This document shows, one piece after another, positions 56,627 to 64,000 of a stretch of DNA of 64,000 nt (its first letter is position 1; the number at the start of each line of letters is the position of its first letter). The translations under genes were made by a program, and so were the position numbers. Source of the stretch: an uncultured Staphylococcaceae bacterium. Lineage in GTDB: Bacteria; Bacillota_I; Bacilli_A; ML615J-28; CAG-313. The notes under the pieces were generated by a model that was given only the letters and a program-made list of their open reading frames with translations, ran no database searches and was not told the origin of the DNA. The stretch is taken from assembly GCA_964507405.1 (NCBI GenBank), contig CAZDPJ010000005.1, positions 2,306-66,305 of the forward strand. Direction: 5' to 3'.

Positions 56627-57172
56627 ATGAAAAAAACAACAGTAAAATTAATAAATAGTTTAATTGCTATTGCTAGCTGTATATTATTAATAGCTTTAGA
56701 TCAAATTACGAAAAGTCTTGCGGTTAATAATTTAAATTATGGTGAATCTGTTCCTTTTATTAAAGGTATTTTGAATTTAAAACTTCAATATAATACCGGT
56801 TTTGCTTTTGGTATGGGTGATGGCTATCAAATTATATGGGGTATTGTCAGTATTGTTGGTTGTATAATTATTAGTTATTTTATGAATAATGTAGATTTTA
56901 AAAATAATTTAATCTTTTCTATTTGTATTGTTCTTTTATTTTCTGGCACATTTGGAAATATGATTGATAGACTATTTTTTGAAGATGGGGTAGTTGATTT
57001 CTTTGACTTAGCATTTATTAATTTTGCTGTATTTAACGTAGCTGATTCTTGTATAACAGTTGGTGCTATTTTACTTGCTATTTATATTTTATTTATTTAT
57101 AAAGAACCTGATAAAACGCCTAAAAATAAAAATACAGATGATAATGAAAATGAGGTGAGTAACAATGATTAA
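56627..57172 (+). CDS. lspA: lipoprotein signal peptidase II
   Basis: Motifs NTGFAFG, GNMIDR, FNVADS. Confidence 0.9.
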   Translation: MKKTTVKLINSLIAIASCILLIALDQITKSLAVNNLNYGESVPFIKGILNLKLQYNTGFAFGMGDGYQIIWGIVSIVGCIIISYFMNNVDFKNNLIFSICIVLLFSGTFGNMIDRLFFEDGVVDFFDLAFINFAVFNVADSCITVGAILLAIYILFIYKEPDKTPKNKNTDDNENEVSNND

Positions 57173-58079
57173 AGATGAATTTACTGTAACTTATAAAGAA
57201 AATGAAGAAATAATTAGAATTGATAAATACTTACCTACTTGTTATACTGAAATGACAAGAAGTGAATTAAAGAAATATTTCGATGAAGAAAAAGTTAAAG
57301 TGAATGGTAAAGTTGTAAAACCTAGTTACAAAGTAGAAAATGGAGATTTAATTGAAATAGAAGAACTTGATGATGTTTTATCTACAGTTATTCCTGAAAA
57401 TATTCCCCTTGATATTGTTTATGAAGATGATGATGTATTAGTTGTTAATAAACCATCAGGAATGGTTGTTCATCCTGCTCCAGGTCATGTTACGGGAACA
57501 CTTGTAAATGCTTTAATGTATCATTATAAATCTTTATCTACAATTAGTGGTGAAAATAGAGCAGGGATTGTTCATCGTATTGACAAAGATACAAGCGGTT
57601 TATTAATTGTTTGTAAAAATAATTATTCACATCGTATTATTAGTGAACAAATCAAGGATAAGAAAGCAAAAAGAACTTATTGGGCAATAGTTACTGGTTC
57701 CATCGGTCATAATTTAGGAAAAATTGATGCTCCTATTGGTCGTGATCCTGATAATAGACAAAAGATGGCAGTTGTTGCGACTGGTAAATCCGCAGTTACA
57801 CACTTTAAAGTAATTGACCGCTTCCGTAACTTTACGCTTGTGGAATTAGATCTTGAAACGGGTAGAACTCACCAAATTAGAGTTCATATGGCTTATATCA
57901 ATCATCCAGTTGTTGGCGATCCTTTATATGGAGTTAAGAAACAAGTAAATGAATTTGGACAATATTTACATGCAAAAAAAATAGGATTCTATCATCCTAG
58001 AACAAATGAATATATGGAATTTGAGGTTAGTTTACCTAAGGAATTTCAAGAATTATTAAATGAATTAAAGAATGAATAA
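57165..58079 (+). CDS. rluD: 23S rRNA pseudouridine synthase RluD
   Basis: S4 domain, HRIDKDTSGLLIV, GRTHQIRVH. lspA-rluD synteny matches Bacillus. Confidence 0.9.
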   Translation: MIKDEFTVTYKENEEIIRIDKYLPTCYTEMTRSELKKYFDEEKVKVNGKVVKPSYKVENGDLIEIEELDDVLSTVIPENIPLDIVYEDDDVLVVNKPSGMVVHPAPGHVTGTLVNALMYHYKSLSTISGENRAGIVHRIDKDTSGLLIVCKNNYSHRIISEQIKDKKAKRTYWAIVTGSIGHNLGKIDAPIGRDPDNRQKMAVVATGKSAVTHFKVIDRFRNFTLVELDLETGRTHQIRVHMAYINHPVVGDPLYGVKKQVNEFGQYLHAKKIGFYHPRTNEYMEFEVSLPKEFQELLNELKNE

Positions 58080-58100
58080 TTTATATTTTGGAGGCTTATA

Positions 58101-59456
58101 ATGAGAATTATTGTAATTGGATGTGGAACAATAGGTAAAACAATTATTGAACACATTTCAAAAGAAGGTCACAATATTATAATTATCGATAATGATAAAG
58201 ATACAGTTGAAAAACTAATCGAAAAATATGATGTAATGGGTGTTGTTGGTAATGGTGCTAGTCTTGAAATTCAAGAAGAAGCCCGTGTAAAAAATGCTGA
58301 TTTAGTTATTGCGGTGTCATCACAAGATGAAATTAATATTTTAGCTTGTTTACTTGCTAAAAAACTAGGAGCTAAAAGTACAATAGCACGTGTTCGAAAT
58401 CCGGAATATCGAAGCCAAAGTGAATTAATGAAAGAAGAACTAGGATTATCAATGATTGTTAATCCTGAAGAAGAAACAGCTTCTGAAATAACTAATATGA
58501 TTAATTTACCAACTATTTCTAAAATTGAACATTTTGCTAAAGGACTAGTAAATTTAGTTGAAATTAATGTTGAAGAAGGAAATCCTTTAATTGATGAAAC
58601 ATTATATTCTATGAATAAGAAAATTCATACTAAAGTTTTAATTTGCGCTGTTGAACGTGGTAATGAGGTAATTATTCCGAGTGGTAATTTTCAAATTAAA
58701 AAAGGTGATAAAATTAGTTTTACAGCAGAATCTAGTTCCCTTAGAAGCTTTTTAAAAGAGTTGAACTTAATTAAGTCACCTCTTAAAAATGTTATGATTA
58801 TTGGTGGTGGCAAAACTGGTTATTATCTTGCTAAAAACTTATCTAAAAACCACTATAAAGTACGTTTAGTTGAAGTAGATAAAGTAAAAGCAAATGAACT
58901 TGCTGTTAAGCTTCCAAATACTTCTATTATTTATGCTGATGGAACTAAACATGCGGTACTACTTGAAGCTGGTATTGAAAATTGTGATGCTTTTGTCGCC
59001 TTAACTAATGTTGACGAAGAAAACATTATTGTTTCTTTATTTGCTAATAAAGTAGGTGTTCGTAAAGTCATCACTAAAATTAAACGTGATACATTAGTTG
59101 GTATGACTGATGACCTTGGTGTTACAAATAAAGTTATGCCAAAAGAAGTTGTGGCTAATAAAATTGTTAGTTATGTTAGAGCTATTGCTAATAAAAGAGG
59201 TAGTAATGTAATTACATTATATAAACTTGTAAATAATCAAATAGAAGCACTAGAATTTCTTGCTAAAAAGAAAGAAAGATATTATAATAAGCCATTAAAA
59301 GAATTAAAAACAAAAGAAAATTGTTTAATCGCTTGTATTATTCGTGATGGTAAAGTTATTATCCCTAATGGTAATGATTTTATTCAACAAAATGATAATG
59401 TTGTTATAGTTACAACTCATAAGAATTTTGATGACTTAGCGGATATCTTTGAATAG
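58101..59456 (+). CDS. trkA: Trk/Ktr potassium uptake system NAD-binding subunit TrkA (double RCK)
   Basis: Two Rossmann GxGxxG motifs (IGCGTIG, IGGGKTG). 451 aa. Confidence 0.9.
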   Translation: MRIIVIGCGTIGKTIIEHISKEGHNIIIIDNDKDTVEKLIEKYDVMGVVGNGASLEIQEEARVKNADLVIAVSSQDEINILACLLAKKLGAKSTIARVRNPEYRSQSELMKEELGLSMIVNPEEETASEITNMINLPTISKIEHFAKGLVNLVEINVEEGNPLIDETLYSMNKKIHTKVLICAVERGNEVIIPSGNFQIKKGDKISFTAESSSLRSFLKELNLIKSPLKNVMIIGGGKTGYYLAKNLSKNHYKVRLVEVDKVKANELAVKLPNTSIIYADGTKHAVLLEAGIENCDAFVALTNVDEENIIVSLFANKVGVRKVITKIKRDTLVGMTDDLGVTNKVMPKEVVANKIVSYVRAIANKRGSNVITLYKLVNNQIEALEFLAKKKERYYNKPLKELKTKENCLIACIIRDGKVIIPNGNDFIQQNDNVVIVTTHKNFDDLADIFE

Positions 59457-59464
59457 GTGATATC

Positions 59465-60997
59465 ATGAATTTAAAACTTGTTGGTAAGATTCTTGGTAAA
59501 ATAATGATTCTAGAAGGAATTTTAATGTTATTTCCTTTAATAGTTTCGATTATTTATAATGAAGGAGTTATTAATATATTATCTTATGTAATTCCAATTG
59601 TTACATTATTTATCTTAGGATTTATACTTAATTTATTTAAACCTTCAAGAACATGGTTATATCAAAAAGAGGGATTTGCTGTAGTAGCTCTTGTATGGAT
59701 TGTAATGACTATTTTTGGAGCAATACCTTTTGTTATTAATAAAGATATTCCTAATTATATAGATGCATTATTTGAAACAATGTCTGGTTTTACTACAACA
59801 GGTGCAAGTGTTATTAATGATTTAACTGTTATTTCACATAGTGGATTATTTTGGAGGAGTTTTACACACTGGATAGGAGGTATGGGAATACTTGTATTTA
59901 TCTTAATATTTATTCCCGAAAGTAATGATGGGTCATCATTTCATTTGTTAAAGGCCGAAAGTCCAGGTCCTCAAGTTGGTAAGCTTACTTCTAAAATGAA
60001 GGTTACTACAAGAATTCTATATTTAATTTATTTAGCGCTTACGATTATAGAGTTTATAATGTTATTATTTAGCAAACCAGTTGTAATAGAAGGCATTGCA
60101 AAAGAAAGTGACCATGTATTTTATTGTTTACTTACAGCATTTGGTAGTGCTGGTACTGGTGGCTTTGGGTTTATTCCTAATAGTTTTGAATATTTTTCTC
60201 CATATGCTCAATATGTAGTTGCTACATTTTTAATTTTATTTGGTATCAATTTTAGTCTTTATTTTCTGTTATTAGTAGGAAAATTTAAAGATGTCTTTAA
60301 GAGCGAAGAATTACGAGCATATCTTGGTTTTATTATTGGTGGCGTTATAATAATATTTATAAGCCTTATATATGATAAAGCAAAAGCCTTGGATTCTATT
60401 AATTATGAACAATCATTTAGAGAAGCTTATTTCCAAGTAGCAAGTATTATTACAAGTACTGGATATACGACTACTAATTTTGAACTATGGCCACAACTTG
60501 CAAAAACGGTAATTATATTATTAATGGTTTGTGGAGCAATGGCTGGATCTACTGGTGGAGGTATTAAAGTTTCAAGAATTGTTCTTGCTTTTAAAGGTTT
60601 TAAAAGAAATATATTAAGATTGATTAACCCAAGACTAGTGACTAAGACAAAATTTGAAGGAAAAATAGTAGAAGATGATACGATTGATGATGTTTTTTCT
60701 TTTATAACTATGTATTTTATTATTGCTTTAATTGTTATTTTAATCTTATCGTTCGATCATAGTCCTGCTGTTGAGATTTGTGGAAAGATGTATGAAATAG
60801 ATTTTAATACTAATTTTACCGCTACAATTTCTTGTTTAAGTAATATTGGACCGGCCTTTGGTGCTGCTGGACCATATGGTTCTTTTGATTGTTATAATTA
60901 TCTTTCAAAGTTTGTTTTAACACTTACAATGTTAATTGGTAGACTTGAAATTTTACCTGTTTTAATCTTATTTAGTCCTAAAACATGGAAAAAATAA
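59465..60997 (+). CDS. trkH: Trk-type potassium transporter membrane subunit TrkH
   Basis: Polytopic protein with repeated selectivity-filter-like TTTG/GTGG/STGY/STGGG motifs. Confidence 0.9.
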   Translation: MNLKLVGKILGKIMILEGILMLFPLIVSIIYNEGVINILSYVIPIVTLFILGFILNLFKPSRTWLYQKEGFAVVALVWIVMTIFGAIPFVINKDIPNYIDALFETMSGFTTTGASVINDLTVISHSGLFWRSFTHWIGGMGILVFILIFIPESNDGSSFHLLKAESPGPQVGKLTSKMKVTTRILYLIYLALTIIEFIMLLFSKPVVIEGIAKESDHVFYCLLTAFGSAGTGGFGFIPNSFEYFSPYAQYVVATFLILFGINFSLYFLLLVGKFKDVFKSEELRAYLGFIIGGVIIIFISLIYDKAKALDSINYEQSFREAYFQVASIITSTGYTTTNFELWPQLAKTVIILLMVCGAMAGSTGGGIKVSRIVLAFKGFKRNILRLINPRLVTKTKFEGKIVEDDTIDDVFSFITMYFIIALIVILILSFDHSPAVEICGKMYEIDFNTNFTATISCLSNIGPAFGAAGPYGSFDCYNYLSKFVLTLTMLIGRLEILPVLILFSPKTWKK

Positions 60998-61031
60998 AAG
61001 GCATATAATGAATATTCATTATTGCCTTTTT
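60996..61031. terminator. bidirectional intrinsic terminator
   Basis: Long stem aaaaggcatataatgaat/attcattattgcctttt. It sits between convergent genes. Confidence 0.75.
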
Positions 61032-61033
61032 AG

Positions 61034-62026
61034 TTATAATTTATATTTTATTTTTTGTTTAATTTCTTCTAAACCATCTAACCTTGATTTAGGTAGAGGA
61101 TTATCGTTAAAATAGGAAATTATTCTTTCAGAATTGGCAAATTTAATTTTTGCGACCTTTTGAAGTTCAGAAAAACCATATGATTTTACAAATGAAATAG
61201 CACAACGGTCAACTTCTTTACCTGCTCCTTTTAATAGTTCGATTTTATATTCACCGCTCATCTTTTTTAATTCACGTAAAAAAGCAGCACGTGCAAGAAT
61301 TGATGCGGCAGCAATACCGATATGTTCTTTCTCTCCTTTAGTAATTGTTGTAACATCGGTTATTACATTAGGTTGATTTTCTAAATATTCTAAGTACTTT
61401 TCTTTAGGTGCAAACTCATCAATTAAAATAGCGTCATACTTTACATCACCAAGTTTTTTTAGTATACTATTTATAACTTTATTGTGTAAATAGGACTTAA
61501 TAAAATTTAGATTATCAAATTTATTTGATAAAGAGTTAATTTTACTAGGATCTAAGAAGATGATGGAATAAGGTACGATATTGGCAATCTTTAATGCAAG
61601 AGGAATCATTTGCTTATCAGTGAGTAATTTTGAATCTTTTACTCCTAGTTTATGTAATTGTTCAATTGCTTTTTGGTCGGTATAGGTTGCACAAACAACA
61701 ACAGGACCAAAGTAGTCGCCAGTGCCTACTTCATCTGTACAAATAGCAATTTTATTGGAATAATCAACTTGTTTAACAACTTTTACTTCTTCAAGAGGTA
61801 AACCAAATTTTTTAGCCCATTTATTATATTCATTCGCTTCGTCTAAGCCTTGAAATAAAACAACATTTGTACGATAGATAGTAATAACGACATTATTAAG
61901 TTTTGCACGAGCAATCGTGTAATTACTAGAACCATATGTTAAATATCCTTGATAATAATCAATCATTTCTTGGATTTGTTCATTTGTAGCTTTAATTTTA
62001 TGTGTAGAATTAGATATATGCTGCAT
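61034..62026 (-). CDS. rnhC: ribonuclease HIII
   Basis: N-terminal DUF3378-like domain, catalytic DEVGTGDYFGP, IAAASILAR. Confidence 0.9.
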   Translation of the reverse strand: MQHISNSTHKIKATNEQIQEMIDYYQGYLTYGSSNYTIARAKLNNVVITIYRTNVVLFQGLDEANEYNKWAKKFGLPLEEVKVVKQVDYSNKIAICTDEVGTGDYFGPVVVCATYTDQKAIEQLHKLGVKDSKLLTDKQMIPLALKIANIVPYSIIFLDPSKINSLSNKFDNLNFIKSYLHNKVINSILKKLGDVKYDAILIDEFAPKEKYLEYLENQPNVITDVTTITKGEKEHIGIAAASILARAAFLRELKKMSGEYKIELLKGAGKEVDRCAISFVKSYGFSELQKVAKIKFANSERIISYFNDNPLPKSRLDGLEEIKQKIKYKL

Positions 62027-62104
62027 AGTTAGAATCCTCCAACATTATTATATCATAAAATTAAATTTAATGCAAGATTATAAGCCAAGAGAAAGGACCC
62101 TAAA

Positions 62105-64000
62105 ATGAATGAAATTATTTCTTTAAGTAATAGAAAATTAGAAATAGCACAAATCATAAATAAGTTAAAAGAAATAGCTATTTTACCAGAATGCATTCAA
62201 AACATTGATAAATTAAAGCCATTTAATGATCTTGATTTAATAAATAGTGAATTAGATAAAGTCGATGAAGCAGCAGTTATATGTATGCGATTTGAACGAG
62301 CTCCTATTGTTTTAGATAGTGATTTTAGAACGATATTAATGATTGCAATGCGTGGTGGAAAACTATCTGCGCTTGAGATTTATGAAGTTTATAAACTATT
62401 TTTAACCATTAAACAAAATCAAAAGTTACTTACTTCCATTCAGAATGAAAAAATTTTATGTCCATTTTATGAAAAAATGGTTAGTGATTTAGTTATTATT
62501 GAATATTTAGAAGCGATAATTAATAAATCGATTAATGAAGATGGTTATGTTTTATCTAGTGCTAGTAGTAATCTTAAACAAATAAGAAATAAACTTAATA
62601 ATATTGATAGTAGAATAAAATCAAAATGTCAAGAAATATTGTCAAAAGAAAGTTCTAAATTATCACAACAATCTATTGTTATGAGAAATGACTGCTACTG
62701 CCTCCCGGTTAAGAGTGAATATAAAAACTCTATTCGTGGGACAATTCAAGATTATAGTGCTAGTATGCAAACAATTTATATTGAACCAGAAGCTGTCGCA
62801 ACTTTAATGAATGAAAAGAATATTTTATATCATGAAGAACATGATGAAATAGAACGTATCTTATCGAATATTTCCTTAGAAATTAAAAATAATGTTGCTT
62901 TATTATTACAAGATTTTGAAATTATTTTATTACTTGATTTAATATTTTCTAAAGCTTTACTTGGTACTTCCTATAATGGAACAAGACCTAATATTAATAA
63001 TGATGGTACATTAAAACTAATAAATGTTAGACATCCACTATTAAAGGTAAAAAAAGTAATACCAAATAATTTAGAATTTAGTAGAAGATATGATGGTATT
63101 ATTATTACTGGTCCAAATACTGGTGGTAAAACTGTTTTACTTAAAACAATTGGATTAGTTATTTTAATGACAAAATATGGATTATTAATTCCTGCTGATA
63201 AAGAAAGTAATATTATGATATATGATAATGTTTATTGTGATATCGGCGATGACCAAAGTATTGAAAACAATTTATCAACTTTTTCTTCTCATATGAGCAA
63301 TATTGTCAAAATTATTAACAATATTACTCCTAATTCATTAGTCTTATTTGATGAAATAGGGGCTGGTACCGATCCAATTGAAGGTTCTAATCTTGCTAAA
63401 GCTATATTAAAATATTTAATTGAACACAAAGTTAGTTTTATGACAACTACTCATTATTCAGATTTAAAAGCATTTGGATTTGAAGAGCCAAGAATTATTA
63501 ATGCTTCAATGGAATTTAATAAAGATTCATTATCACCAACCTATCGTTTATTAATTGGGGTTAGTGGTTCAAGTAATGCTTTAAATATTGCTAGTCGCTT
63601 AGGACTTAAAAATGAGATAATAGAAGAAGCTAATCGTTTAACTGTTACTAATGATTCGGCTGTCAGACAATTAATTCTTAAACTTGAAAAACTTGTTCAA
63701 GATAATGAATCTAAAAAATTAGAATTAGATAATTTAATTTTTGAAAATAATAAAAAGAATTTAGAATTAACAACCGAATTGGATAAAATTGATAAGAAAA
63801 AAGAAATTATCTTAAATAAATATGAACAAGAAGCTTTAAAAATTGTAAATGATGCCAAAAATAAAAGTAGTGAATTACTTAGTGATATTGAAGAAAAGCA
63901 AAAAAATAATCTTAAACTTCATGAAATGATTGAACTTAAGAAAAAAGTTAATGATTTAGAAATAGTTAAAAAAGAAAAAAAGAAAAAAAGTATTATTACA
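62105..64000 (+). CDS. mutS2: endonuclease MutS2 (3'-truncated by window end)
   Basis: Not in the ORF track because it has no stop in the window. ATG at 62105, frame open for 632 codons to nt 64000. Motifs RNDCYCLPVK, Walker A ITGPNTGGKT, DEIGAGTDP, TTHY. Confidence 0.9.
   Translation, partial: MNEIISLSNRKLEIAQIINKLKEIAILPECIQNIDKLKPFNDLDLINSELDKVDEAAVICMRFERAPIVLDSDFRTILMIAMRGGKLSALEIYEVYKLFLTIKQNQKLLTSIQNEKILCPFYEKMVSDLVIIEYLEAIINKSINEDGYVLSSASSNLKQIRNKLNNIDSRIKSKCQEILSKESSKLSQQSIVMRNDCYCLPVKSEYKNSIRGTIQDYSASMQTIYIEPEAVATLMNEKNILYHEEHDEIERILSNISLEIKNNVALLLQDFEIILLLDLIFSKALLGTSYNGTRPNINNDGTLKLINVRHPLLKVKKVIPNNLEFSRRYDGIIITGPNTGGKTVLLKTIGLVILMTKYGLLIPADKESNIMIYDNVYCDIGDDQSIENNLSTFSSHMSNIVKIINNITPNSLVLFDEIGAGTDPIEGSNLAKAILKYLIEHKVSFMTTTHYSDLKAFGFEEPRIINASMEFNKDSLSPTYRLLIGVSGSSNALNIASRLGLKNEIIEEANRLTVTNDSAVRQLILKLEKLVQDNESKKLELDNLIFENNKKNLELTTELDKIDKKKEIILNKYEQEALKIVNDAKNKSSELLSDIEEKQKNNLKLHEMIELKKKVNDLEIVKKEKKKKSIIT

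Noticed and set aside
1-64000. Alternative genetic code (TGA=Trp, Mollicutes code 4), given the Mollicutes-like gene content
   Set aside because: All conserved proteins are full length under the standard code, Trp is encoded by TGG throughout, and several genes terminate at TGA (relA at 12112-14, ORF580 at 14293-95, 7804-06, 35002-04). Code 11 fits.
1-64000. CRISPR arrays, IS elements/transposases, integrases, prophage genes, toxin-antitoxin or restriction-modification/defence systems
   Set aside because: I found no regularly spaced direct repeats and no proteins with transposase, integrase, nuclease-methylase or known defence-system motifs. The only XRE-type HTH protein is a cupin-fused regulator in front of potABCD.

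Overview
This is a visibly AT-rich Bacillota (Firmicutes) chromosomal core region. It probably comes from an endospore-lineage organism with a streamlined, Erysipelotrichia/Mollicutes-like gene set, since spo0A, spoIVB, spoIIIAH, a spoVB-like flippase and a DUF421/YetF-like gene are present. The standard genetic code fits: conserved proteins are full length, Trp is TGG, and several genes end in TGA.

I can support about 58 protein genes, mostly on the + strand and tightly packed with many overlapping stop/start junctions:
- NitT/TauT-type ABC transporter.
- SPFH/zinc-ribbon pair.
- nadC-like gene.
- apt-relA-dtd.
- Two large unknown proteins followed by spoIIIAH.
- RluA-type pseudouridine synthase.
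- Surface endonuclease I.
- P-type ATPase.
- Two surface lipoproteins.
- Phosphofructokinase.
- 5'-nucleotidase.
- degV.
- Double U32 protein.
- MATE transporter.
- trmL.
- NahK-like kinase.
- nusB-xseA-xseB-dxs-recN-spoIVB-spo0A.
- dinB.
- puuR-like regulator plus potABCD.
- hisS-aspS.
- dCMP deaminase.
- YlbL-like Lon/PDZ protease.
- lspA-rluD.
- trkA-trkH.
- rnhC.
- A 3'-truncated mutS2 that the ORF track missed.

RNA and regulatory features:
- tRNA-Cys(GCA) and tRNA-Lys(CUU), both on the - strand.
- A yybP-ykoY (Mn2+) riboswitch in front of the P-type ATPase.
- A T-box leader in front of hisS-aspS.
- Several consensus sigma-A promoters and many hairpin+T-run terminators.

I see no rRNA, CRISPR array, transposase/IS, prophage or recognisable defence system, so this is ordinary core genome rather than an accessory island.

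The most unusual points:
- (a) Two large uncharacterised proteins are translationally coupled to relA-dtd. One looks like a catalytically dead GAF-GGDEF-EAL scaffold and the other is a membrane protein. They are followed by an orphan spoIIIAH.
- (b) tRNA-Cys, the Mn riboswitch and the ATPase are arranged in tandem.
- (c) The solitary nadC-like gene has most active-site basic residues replaced.
- (d) Spo0A has E-N instead of the D-D acidic pair.
- (e) dinB has its catalytic Asp codon upstream of the only ATG, with no canonical in-frame start.

All homology statements are by-eye motif recognition from memory. No searches or folding computations were run.
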